In this document: piece by piece, positions 52,187 to 64,000 of the stretch
Layout of the letters: the number at the start of each line of letters is the position of its first letter
Numbering within the stretch: position 1 is the stretch's first letter
NCBI GenBank assembly: GCA_951406725.2
Contig: OX597817.1
Coordinates: forward strand, 104,284,001-104,348,000
DNA from: Octopus vulgaris
Lineage: Eukaryota
DNA: 64,000 nucleotides
Direction of reading: 5' to 3'
Translations under genes and position numbers: made by a program
Notes under the pieces: generated by a model
Databases searched by the model: none
What the model saw: the letters and a program-made list of their open reading frames with translations, nothing else
Told to the model about the DNA's origin: nothing

Positions 52187-52965
52187 CAGGGTGCGGTGAA
52201 TAAACTGTCGTCTAAATAACGCAAAAATGAAAATAACAGATATCTCATTTTAACATATATTTACCAAAATTACATAAAAATATCTTGAAATGCTAAAGAA
52301 TAAATTTATTCAATAAAATCGCTATTGGCTTCAACCGCGTCCTCTAGATGACTTCGGAATTTCTTGCACGGTCTCCTTGTTTAAGTTGGTGAATGCTGCT
52401 ATAATTACCAACTGCTATAATCCTTGCCTTCAGTTCATCTTCGGTGTTACAAGGAGTTTTGTTGATCTCTCGCTCAACTGCGCCCCACACATTATAATCA
52501 CGGGGGTTGCAGTCTGAAGAGTTAGGTGGCCAGGTGTTAGGGGTGATGTGGTCACAGAAATTGTCTGCTTGTGTGGCATGATGCAGAGTCCTGTTACCAG
52601 ACATAGGGTCTTTCAGTAGCCACCCTCTTGACCCAGAGCAGCACTACCTCATTCAAACACTTGATGTAGGTCTCTGTGTTGAGTCTGAGGCCGTGTGGGA
52701 AGATGAATGGAGGCATAATGTCGCCATCACTAGTAATCACTCCAAACACCATGAATGTTTGATTTTTATCACTCTCGGTACATGCTGTACAGCATGTCAT
52801 TTCCAAATTTCTGGCAGGGTGAATTGCGTCATGCTGCTGTTTTTCTCACAGACGGTGTCCAACTGAACCCTACTATACTGTGTAGTCGGGAAAATCAAAA
52901 ACAAACAATGTGTATGCGCGAAATAAAAAATATATAATAGCGACAATTTTCCCACCACTCCCCTG
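52187..52965 (-). mobile_element. Internally deleted maT (DD37D-like) transposon
   Basis: Imperfect TIRs cagggtgcggtgaataaactgtcg and cgacaattttcccaccactcccctg; MVFGVITSDG, YVW.QDSA.CH, WPPNSSDCNPRDYNVW. Confidence 0.8.
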
Positions 52966-53344
52966 TGTGTATGTATGTATGTATGTATGTATGTATGTAT
53001 GTATGTATGTATGTATGTATGTATGTATAACAATGAGTCTCTATATCAACAGGATATATTATTTCTATATAATTTGTTTATTAGGCAATATCTCTCTTGT
53101 TATTTTTTTCAAAACATGTGGTATATTTCAGATATTTTTGTCTGATTAATTATCAGCGTAAATAGTAATAATTTTTGTTTGTTTAATACAAGATTTTTTT
53201 ATGCAACGAAACTTAATTCATGTTGTGCAAATATTTATAGACAAATTTGTGAAATTCTTACCGACTAAAAATGGTAAAGCTTAACATATGTTAATAGAAA
53301 TGCGGCCATGAAAATTACTATATTTCGGTTATCACTAAAGTTAA

Positions 53345-53677
53345 ACCTTTGCCTGTCCTGTGTATCTTATATTTCCCAGGCGTTCGTGCACCGTGCCCGT
53401 TGCTAAACTCCACATTAGCATTATTACAAATTAGTGCCCACCTAGAATATTCTGAAACATCCCCAGGCATTAAAGTCTGGCGACAGGCCTGCCATAGATC
53501 ACATGATCACATATGATGCACATTGCCTAATTTTTTCCACTCCCCGAATAAGTTGGGATTTATGGAAAGAAAGCTTTATATTACTCATAACGTATGAAAC
53601 CAGATCCAACTAAAAGTTAAAAAACAAGCATGGATGTTTCGGACTAACATATGAAAATGCATAAGGCAGGCAAAGGG
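53345..53677. mobile_element. piggyBac-like MITE
   Basis: TTAA-(a)cctttgcctg ... caggcaaaggg-TTAA. Confidence 0.75.
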
Positions 53678-54239
53678 TTAAAATGGTCAATTATCAATGT
53701 GTGGTTGGACCTATTCCTCTCTTTACACATGGTTCAGTTGAAGAAGATTTGTAATTCTAGAGATATTGTTGAGGTTATAAATTACACTAGGTAGCATATT
53801 TTTTGTCCTTGGATAGCAACTGTTATTTCCTATTTGTGTACCCCTAGAAAGTATGAAAAATGGCTCTAATATTTCTTTCAGATTTTGCTTTTGTTACATT
53901 TATTCAAACCATAAAGAATCCCTCTCAGCACGTAGCTATGATACTACCCCACTATTCCTGCTTATGATCAGAGATGCCCATATGGTCTACCACTAAGGGA
54001 CATGCTCAAGTGGTTAAGGTTAAGCAACTGACAAGCAAATCTGTGATATTGAGCAGATTATTTGTTATAACGATATTTCTGATTCAGCAAATCAGCGCTG
54101 AATCTGTCTAAAATGTAATGGAAAATAGCCCAGTTTGAAAACATTGATGTCCACGTCACAAAAGCAAGGCTTGAAGGGAATAGTAATCATTTCCTTTGAC
54201 TTCTAGTGGGGAAGCAACTAGGAGATAACACTTACTGAC

Positions 54240-55238
54240 TAAAGATGATTCCGTGCTCAGAGAACTTCTGATCCTTTTCAGCCAAAAAGTGAAGCAAGTG
54301 CGATTTCAGATTTTACCATTCAAAAAGTTTTACAAACTACGAAATAAATGGTAATCTGATGGTGCAAGGTCAGGGCTATATGGTAGATGTGACATCACTT
54401 CCTTACCAAGCTCCAATAATTTTTCACGAGTTAACAAAGACGTGTGTGGTCTAGTATTGTCATGGTGGACCACGATTCTTTTACGATTTCCCAATTCTGG
54501 CCGGTTGCTTCCTCCAGTTTCATTAGTTGTTGACAGTAAACATCTGAATTGATCGTTTGGTTCCTTGCAAGCAACTCAAAATACACAACACCTTTGTAAT
54601 CCCACCAAATTGACAGCATAGCCCTTTTTATGCAATTCGGCTTTCGATGTGGATTGTGCTGATTCATTACGCTTGGACCATGATCGTTTCCGATTGATGT
54701 TATTGTAGACAATCCATTTTTCATCACCAGTGATGATTCGTTTCAAAAAAGGTCAATTTAATTGCGTTTGAGATGCATATCGCAAATATTGGTTCGTTAT
54801 GTTAAGTGAATCTCTTTCAATTTATATAGAACCCAAATATCGAACTTCTTCGGTCATCATCAACTTCAGTAGGTCGTCTTTGAGTGAATAATCTCCAGAA
54901 CGGAAGTTTTAAACCATTTCTGACATGTGCGTTCTGTTAAGCAATCAGCACCATAAACTTCGCATACCTCTATGTGAGTCTCAGCAGTTTTCTTGCCTTT
55001 ACAGAAATAAAAAAGTAAAATGTGGCGAAAATGTTCGTTTTTGCACTCCATGTTAAAATTGACACTGAACTAACAGTTGTAGACAAAATTATGCGCAATT
55101 TGCTTCTAAAGTAAGCTAAAAGTAATGGCTATCAAATGTCAAAAGGAAAAAAAACCATAACATTGAGAAAAGTCATTCAAAAATATCGTAACTCAATCTG
55201 TTTGCGAAAAACGAAATTATTTTCTTGCCAAACCAATA
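54240..55238 (-). mobile_element. mariner (DD34D) remnant
   Basis: MECKNEHFRHILLFYF, ITGDEKWI, MLSIWWDYKGVVYFELL, YSPDLAPSDYHLF; 5' TIR ttggtttggcaagaaaataatttcgtttt. Confidence 0.88.
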
Positions 55239-56217
55239 ATTCATTTATTTGTCCATGTAACGGCTGATGAAAAATGAGTTAAGCCTGGAGAAATTTTGAG
55301 AAGAGTCTAATATGTTTTCTTTTTTTAATAAAATTTCCCAAGTATTTCAAAGCCTGATATAAAAGCTTAAAGTTGTGATATCAACACATTTGGAGAAAAT
55401 TAGCAGTTATAACAGATATGGGAGGGCGCGTAGTCAGAAGAGTAAAGGCAGCACCCGTGACCCATTTCAAAGCCTCTGGGGTTCATAGAGAAAAAGAGAG
55501 ATCATATGGTTCATAGATAACCCGCAAACCAGAGACCTACTTTAAATACTTGCAGCAGAGAGACCCAAAGGCCAACAGCTGTATAGTGGAGTAGACATAC
55601 ATCTGATGGCTGATTAAATCCTCCGATATTTTAATTCCATTCATACTTACAGTGGATTATAGGTACATGACAAGTACTATTTTATCAGCCATGGAAGAGT
55701 TGGGAAGCAAAATTGATTTCGACGAGATTCTGTCAAGCACAGATAATAAATACTTAACGGCACAGGCCTCCTCTGCATTACGGCTACTTCTGCTTATGAG
55801 ATTTTGCGCTTATGAAAACTGTAAACTATAGTCAATAATTTTGGGATACGGTCTTGTAATTTGGCACTCGTGGAAACTTGGATAAATTTTAAGAATTTAA
55901 AAACATTTTCTTCTTAACCAAAAAGCCAATTCTCGGTGTTTTCGCAAAAGGTTGAAGTAGTTAACAATCTAGAAAACTATAATCAGCATACATAGAAACA
56001 TACATACATACGTACGTACATACATACATACATACATACATACATACATACATACATACATACATACATACATACATACATACATACATGGCTGTGTGCT
56101 CCTACAACGACTTACGGAGTGTAAAGTTAAATTTTTCATTGTAAATATTTGTGTTTGTGTATATTTTGTTGGATCACAATGAGTATTTATCTATTTATCT
56201 ACCTACCTACCCAAATA

Positions 56218-56251
<34 letters not shown>

Positions 56252-56424
56252 TATCTGTCTGTCTGTCTGTCTGTCTATCTGTCCGTCAGTCTGTTTTTCA
56301 GTCTGTCTCTCCGTCAGGAAGTTTGTCTGTCTATTTGTTTCTTTCTGGATATATATATATGTATATGTGTATGTATATATGTGTGTGTATATATATATAT
56401 ATACACACACACACATATACATAC

Positions 56425-56459
<35 letters not shown>

Positions 56460-56468
56460 CATATATAC

Positions 56469-56507
<39 letters not shown>

Positions 56508-56530
56508 TGAGTGTGTATGTATGCATACAC

Positions 56531-56591
<61 letters not shown>

Positions 56592-56609
56592 AATATATAT
56601 ATATGTATG

Positions 56610-56700
56610 TATGTATCAAATGAAATAAAAAACAGAACACAAAGGATGTCATGTACCACGACATCCTTTGTGTTCTGTTTTTTATTTCATTTGATACATA
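56610..56700. repeat. Perfect 41-bp inverted repeat with a 9-nt loop
   Basis: tatgtatcaaatgaaataaaaaacagaacacaaaggatgtc-atgtaccac-exact reverse complement. Confidence 0.95.
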
Positions 56701-57153
56701 TATCCTCTCACCTCTGCTACTAGCTGGCATATACAGGTGCTTATACTTATCAAGTATTCACCCTGAATTTATATATATATATATATACATAAATAGGTTT
56801 AAGAGACAAAACCACCTTCAAGCAACTCAAACAACATTGAATGACATTATCTAGGCTAGAGATATATAAGATTAACTTTTATCAAAATTAATATCTACAA
56901 TTACTATTCTGAATCATATATCAAATTAAATTATTTAGACAACGCGCGTTTCATGACTATATATCTATCGGTATTTCTGAAATAAACGGTCTCGAAATTC
57001 AATACCATATCAGTCTCGTTGTAAGCTTGTGGCATCATATTAGTTTTTTATTGCCTGTGATAATTTTGTATCATAGGCATGGCTAGTGATAAAATTTTCT
57101 CTATATATAAGACACATCGAATTGCTCAATGTATTTGAGCCATAGGAAAATAG

Positions 57154-58150
57154 TGTTACGAACCTGCCGTCGCTCAACTCGAACTCGGGACCCTAAGTCG
57201 AGCGACGACGACGACCACGTTCAGTCAAACGGAAATCCACCACAGAAAACGGTGGTAGGATTGGCAACGAACACAGACCGGTGACCGGAGACAACAACAA
57301 CAACAGGAAGAGAGAGACAGCGGAAGGTAGTTGCTTACATTTAACGACAGTTTATACAATTGTTACAACATCAATCGAAACGTAATACATGTCAGATACA
57401 TTTAAAGAAACACATTCAACGAATTGTACAGAGTTAAAAAAAAAGAAAAACAATCAATGCATTTAAACATAACACAACGTCCGAAAACAATTCAAACAAA
57501 TGTTCAACACAATACAGAGTTCTAAAACAGTCCAAATTAAAGTCTTTCTCTTTCTTTTTAACAATTCTTTTTTTACATTTCAATAGATTACAGTTTATGT
57601 CACAATCTTCTTTTCCCTTCTTTTTCTTCTCTTTTTTACAGTTCTTTTGACACAATTCACAAGTTCTTTTCTCTTTTCTTTTACATTTCACATCAACATC
57701 CAAAATTCAACAACAAAAACATAAACATTACCGCACGTTCCGAGTCTGCAACAACCTCAGCTCCCACTACAAATAGCCTTCTCGCCGTAATCTCCCTCAC
57801 TTCCTCTCTATTGACAAGTCCTCAATCTCCTGTGTCTGTCTTTCTCGCCATTGCAACCGACTCTGCCTCGACCCTCACGCCAACTACCCTGTTGCCAACT
57901 GACTGTCTCAGGTAAAACTCTCACGACAAACTGACCACTAACCCCAATGCCAGCCGCATTTATAAAGGGTAGCATTTTTATTTCTTTCTTAAACTTTCCC
58001 TGACCGTAGGGACCAAAATGTCACTTCCTAACTCATTAATTTTCCCGACAGATGACAAGACAAAGCCAAATAACTTCTTTCGCCTGTCCATCTGGCACCA
58101 AACCAACGAAACTGGGTCATAGCACTTTTTCCATTTTGACCTTCATATCA
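57154..58150 (-). mobile_element. Solo LTR (997 bp), probably Gypsy-type
   Basis: TGTTACG...CATATCA termini, 4-bp TSD ATAG on both sides, TATAAA at ~57960, composition shift relative to flanks. Confidence 0.7.
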
Positions 58151-59410
58151 ATAGGAAAAATGGTGATGAGAGACATTTTGTCTCTCATCATCATTTTTAT
58201 ATATATATATATATATATATAAATCCATCCTTACCATCACACAACCACCACCAACGCCAAAACCAATACGATCACTGCCATTACCATTCCACCAGCTCCT
58301 TAATGACCAACAATAGCAACAATAGTAAGAACAAGATGAACTACTGTATTTGAAATAAAAACAATCACAAGAGATCATATGGTATTGTAGTGTATTTTTA
58401 GTGTCTTTCATTTTAGAACAATGAGGATTAACTTGAAACTAAGCAGCAACACTGATGCAATTAACAAGAACAATATTACCCCCGCCACCACCAACAAAGC
58501 CCTACTATCACCAACACGAAAATTAACATCACTACCAACTCACCAGTTTTGGATAGCCAACTGGCAACAACAATAATAGTTTCAACATGGTAGCAACGAC
58601 TGTAGCAACATATGTTGTATGTCAACACAACGGGGGTGGATGCTAGCATGTGTGTGTGTGTATTAGCATATGTATGAAAAAGTAGCGTGTAGAGTTTTAT
58701 GGTTCAAATCAGAGACACAATGAGTCGACAACCCAAGAGCCTAGAAACCATTCAACTAACTGTAATCAACGTTATTTCCTCACCTAGCCCACCTTTTCAT
58801 CTTCTCGTTTCCATTCGTACATCCATAGGGATAATTTTTTTCTTTCGTTTCTTTTTTTGCGCTTTTACAAAACACTTCTGTTCTGGTGCTATTTATTTCA
58901 CTTCATATGTATTGTAGATGATTGTTGATCCCCACCTTTGTTGAATTTATTACTAATTCAAGATATCTGGAAAGAAGCCTTCAAATGCAACTGAAGGTCG
59001 TTGTGCAAAAAGGAACTGTAAAAGGACTACATTAGCTATTAAACTTGATGTTTTAAAACGTTTTAATGCGTGAGGAAAATATCAACTACATTGCCAAAAC
59101 AACAACCAAACAAACCATCTCACCAGTCTCTTACAAATACTTCGTAAAATATCACTAAACAAAGTTATAGTAAGTACAAAGAATTACAGGAAGAAAACAT
59201 TAAAAAAATGTACAGACTAAAAAATAGCAGCAGAGCCAAATATTTGCAACACAAATTTCGGTTATATTTTCAGGACTAGAAAATAATTCGGCCCCGAACT
59301 TTATATTTGGTTCAAACTACCCCTTCCAATGGAATTGCAACTACGCTTCAGTTGTTATTGTCTGTCTGTCTGTCTGCCAGTCTGTCTGCCTGTTTGCTTG
59401 TCTGTCTGCC

Positions 59411-59445
<35 letters not shown>

Positions 59446-59490
59446 ATGTATGTATGTATGTATGTATGTATGTATGTATGTATGTATGTC

Positions 59491-60691
59491 TGCATGTATA
59501 AAAAACCTTCCCACATGACACGCAGAGCCTCATCCACTAATACCTTACAATCCTCTACCCATCATCGACCTGTATCGACTGTTTCTTAGCACTCTGTACT
59601 TACTGCCTCGTGTACTGTTGCGTGTACTGTTGCGTGTACTATTTCTCAAGTCGGCGAGGGGTGGTCTCTCTGCATGACCGCTCGACCTGCAAGAAATAGC
59701 AGCCAAATTTCATTGGGATAACGCCCTACCCTCTTAAATAACGAGCGATAAAACAGACATTGATACGCAAATATGGACATTGATACGCGAAAATTACGGA
59801 ACACCTTTGAATGTAGATCTGCTCTAGCAACCACTAATATTTCTCATATTAGCAATTTTTATCTTAATTCAAATTTCAGTAATAGAAGGATCGTAAGCTG
59901 ACCAAGAACCGGCTACTCTCTGACAGCTTCCTTTTGGAACCTATATTAATGAAAATGTCCTGCGTGTAAGCCCCTGATTTACCTGCCCACAAAGTCTAAT
60001 CGAAATAGAGATTGCCATCCTCAAAAATGAAACTAGTGATATGAAATGGCATTTTCAATACATTTTTCCTCGCCATTTTTGAAGGTAATGTATTCACTAT
60101 TTTGTCTGGGTATTTTGTCCTGGATATGACTTCAGACTACATCTCTTTCAGGGGTCCGGGTGTTCTAGAGTTTTTGAGGAGAATGGAACCACCTCTAAGC
60201 AACTATTTTTCCCAGATTTACTCTGACCCGGAGTAATAACACTTGTCATTGTCCCAGCTGTAGGTTAAGTAGCATATTAGGGCTTGCCTACCAATACATG
60301 TGAAGACTGGATCTGGCAGACTCTGCAGAAGAAACTTTCGTAGTTCGATAGTCATGCCACTGGATTAAAATCGGTCACAGACGACAGAGAGGAAAGTTAA
60401 CGTTGCGAGATACTTTTTCACTTTAAACAAAGCATCAGTTATCCTTAAAGATGTATGCATGTATAAAAAAAACCCTTCCACCTAACATGCAAAGCCTCAT
60501 CCACTAATACCCTATAATCCTCTGCCCACCATCGACATATATCGACTGTTTCTTAGCACTCTGTACTCACTGCCTCGTCTGTTGCGCGTACTATTTCTAG
60601 AGTCGGCGAGGGAATCTTTCTGCATGACCGCTCGACCTGCAAGAAATAGCAGCCAAATTTCATTGGGATAACGCCCTACCCTCTTAAATAA
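59491..60691 (+). repeat. ~240-bp diverged direct repeat (59491-59740 and 60457-60691)
   Basis: tgcatgtataaaaaa..ctcatccactaatac..gggataacgccctaccctcttaaataa occurs twice. Confidence 0.9.
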
Positions 60692-60720
60692 GGAATGTGT
60701 ATACACACGCGCGCGCACGA

Positions 60721-61909
60721 CAGAAGTAAATAGACACCCCATAAAACATCGTTTTATGTTTATTCTAACTTTTAAAGGTTTGTGTTTTTTTTTTATTAAT
60801 TGACATTTTTATGCTTCAGGTTCTATATGTCACAGTTTAATCATGCCATGTATAAAAAAAAGCCTAGGAACTATCTGAATTTCAAAGATGCCGTATTGTG
60901 AGTCATTCTGAAAACCTTGAGATCCCACTTTCTACAGTTAATAAAGTGATTGTGCAATTCACCAGAAAGAGAAGGAGTCCACATCACTTCGCCCAGATCA
61001 ACCAGGGCCCTCTGACAGGACCCTTCTTTTTGTTAAGAGGAGTGTGGAGGATAAACCTCGTTGCAACGCCTCCGACATTGCAGAACAAGTTGATGTCAAG
61101 TCTCAGAACAGCTGTCAGGTATCTGCACAAACCTGGTTACCTTGGTAGAGCAAGCAAGAAGGAAGCCACTTCTTCGACCAGTCAACATTAAGCGGAGAAA
61201 AGATTGGGCCAGTGAGATGGTGGAGAGGCTACTAGTATTTTGGAACACTGTAATATTCTCTGATGAATCCAGATTTGCTGTATTTCTTGGCAGTGGTCGA
61301 GTGTGAGTCTGGAGACTCTGTGATCAAGAATTTGATGTGAAAAGATTGCATCAAACAATGAAACACGGCAGCTATTCTGTGATGGTCTGGAGAGCAATTT
61401 GGAGCTGGAACAATGGTTGATCAGAGCTGGTGGAGTGTGAGGAAAACATAAACTCAGATAAATATGTGTCCATATTGCAGAAAGGATTCATTCCAATCTT
61501 CTCCAGTGGAGAACTGATTGAAGTAGAGTCTTTATTTATGGAAAATGGGGCTTCATCTCAAACGGCTAAAATGACCCAAGATTTGTTGGATGAGAATGGC
61601 ATTAAAAAGCTTCCATGGCCAAGCCAGTCACTAGATATGAACCCTATTGAACACCACTGGGACATAATGGACAGGTCACTTCATAAAAAGAACAAGAAAG
61701 TATCTTTATGAAACTTGGCAAGAAATCCCGCAAGAGAATATTCGTCATCTGATCAGTAACATGCCTAATAGGGTCTTTGCATTGAAAAATACAAAGGGCA
61801 CGTCTACTAAATATTAAATATTCACATTATAACAATTAATAAATAATTTGAATGTATAATTTCAGATTTAAATATTTTTTTTATGATTATAAGGGTGTCT
61901 ATTTACTTC
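60721..61909 (+). mobile_element. Tc1 (DD34E) transposon with decayed transposase
   Basis: TIR gaagtaaatagacaccc and gggtgtctatttacttc; ELSEFQR, VIFSDESRF, VMVW, WPSQSLDMNPIEHHW. Confidence 0.88.
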
Positions 61910-61925
61910 GTATGTGTATGTGTGT

Positions 61926-61960
<35 letters not shown>

Positions 61961-61977
61961 CAAGAGAGAGAAAGAAG

Positions 61978-62049
<72 letters not shown>

Positions 62050-62633
62050 CATCATCGCTCCGATGAATGGGCATAAACTTCCAGCTCTATGAAACATTAA
62101 CATGACTCGCTGTATTATATTTTCCAATAAATCTTATTGTTCTCAAAAAAAAATTACACTGAATTTTCCCATGCGTTTACATCTTTCGACCGTTCTCACT
62201 TCACCTAGGTTGCTAATACCATTTGCCAACAAGAAATTCCCTATGCGATCGCTTGGTGCCCAAGAAATCATACATCTCCATTGCGTTAAACATTCCTTTC
62301 GGCCCTCCGCCCTAACAACCCGCACCTCACTCTCAAAATACGTATAATATGGTGTAAAATCAATACATTAAAAAATTCGCATCCAGGATTTCATTTCTAA
62401 AAACTACACTTTAAATCAATCTTTCTTATTCCAAAATGCTAAATTATTCAAAGAACATGAGTAGCCTATTGCATTTGAGGTACTCATGAGTTGATTTTAG
62501 TGCATTTATAATGAACTTGATTAATTCTTCGTCGGAGAGGTCTTGATTTTAAAATATTTTTTACTATATTTTTATAAATAGAAATATTAATATTTCTAAG
62601 TCTCTTTAAAGGAGACTACGGCAGCGGTACTGG

Positions 62634-62950
62634 ATATTAATAGTTATCGCCAAGCTAACATGGCATTCCAGAAAAATAGGACGAATGCTGCCGTTGATTA
62701 GCTCCAAGATGCCATCGCCTCTAGTTAGCTATGTGACACACGAACCTGTGTCCATTATAACCTTCGAACATCTGTAGATGCCAGACCAGCAAGGGGAAAC
62801 GGCTGACCTCCCCCGTTGGAAAGTTATAATGGACACAGGTTCGTGTGTCACATAGCTAGCTAGAGACTATGGCCTCTTGGAGCTAATCGACGGCAGTATT
62901 CGTCCTATCTTTCTGGACTGCCATGTTAGCTTGGCGATAACTATTAATAT
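62634..62950. mobile_element. Foldback MITE with ~136-bp inverted arms and a 45-bp spacer
   Basis: 62634-62769 is the near reverse complement of 62815-62950; TTAA|TAG...CTA|TTAA. Confidence 0.85.
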
Positions 62951-64000
62951 ATTTTTATAATTTTACCAGAAGTACAACACTATGGTATTTTTGTCGGTCC
63001 TTCAAGATTGAAGGAGAAACAATGAAAGCCCCGGAAACCTAACCTAAATAACTGCAACAATTTAAACTTTGCTGAGGGCTTCCAAGAAATAGATTGTGGT
63101 GTTAAACCATGTGACTGATTAGGTTTATCCACCAAAGAATATGCATTTATGGTCAAATGCAGCGCCACCCAACTTTTGTTGTACCGAGAACCGGTTTCAA
63201 CCAAGGTAATTTTCTCAAAGACCGAGAGATCACATGCATAGCAAAGCACAGTAAAGTGCATAATATATAATTTAATTATTACATATATAATACGTATATA
63301 CAACGCATATAACACATATATGATGCAAAAACACCCTGCAGATTGTAATAGTCAATCAAACAGAAAGATTAAAATTTTAAAATTTATTCTTTCTGTGCGG
63401 CCCGGTACTGGCCCACAGCTTGGTGGTTGGGGGCTGAAAGTCTACTGGCCCACCATTTTTCTTTTCTTTCTTTTTTCTATTTTTGCTTATAGTTACGATC
63501 TCAGACTAAACACCAGTGGAAACAGAGAATGTAAAATATTAAATTCACAACTTCAGGGGCAGCCAGGGAATGTAGGTTGAAACCCCCATCTGATATTTAT
63601 TATTGCTTTTTATTTTTCCTTTGGGATTTATGATTTTAGTGTTTATGTTTGTTGTGTTTAAGCATATTTACACTCAAAGGTTTACAAGAGACAAAGGAAA
63701 CAAAACAAATTCTAAAAAGCTAAAATCAGGTCAAATCGATAACATCGATAAGGATACACTTGTGAAGACTAAAAAATAATAATTCTACCATGTGCTTGTT
63801 GTCATTGACTAATTGTCCACAATACCAAGAATTCTAACTATGCTACACCACATGTAACTTTTTTAACAACACAAAAAAAACACCACTCAAGGGCCCACAC
63901 TCAAACTTGGAATATTTATTTTTGTCTTAATTAGAATTATACCCACAGAAATGAGGAAAAACATCATAATTCAGGCACGAGTGACTACCCTGGAATTAAA

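Noticed and set aside
57434-57703. Cys/Lys-rich 89-aa ORF
   Set aside because: Low-complexity internal repeats of the solo LTR.

Overview
AT-rich, microsatellite-dense animal DNA. The tRNA-SINE repertoire looks like Octopus (inference; not verifiable here). It is mostly intronic or intergenic, and nearly all ORF-track entries are microsatellite or repeat artefacts. Recognisable content: Penelope-like retroelements (PLEs), R4/RLE-type, Tx1/L1, RTE and CR1/L2 LINE fragments, Tigger, Tc1, mariner, maT, hAT and piggyBac DNA-transposon remnants, a solo LTR, several SINE families, and two candidate minus-strand host exons 36 kb apart. Most interesting is 1.9-9.8 kb, a (TA)n tract packed with PLE-derived units that each carry a minimal hammerhead-like motif. 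The largest is an inverted-duplicated PLE with a C-terminal GIY-YIG endonuclease (Hydra-clade-like). It has an in-frame TGA where the last Cys of a CxxC...CxH motif is expected, and its hammerhead has an unusually long stem II that also fits a type II SECIS (AUGA-11 nt-AA...GA). This suggests a selenoprotein-encoding retroelement with a fused ribozyme/SECIS RNA. All RNA structures and alignments were read by eye, so this is a hypothesis.
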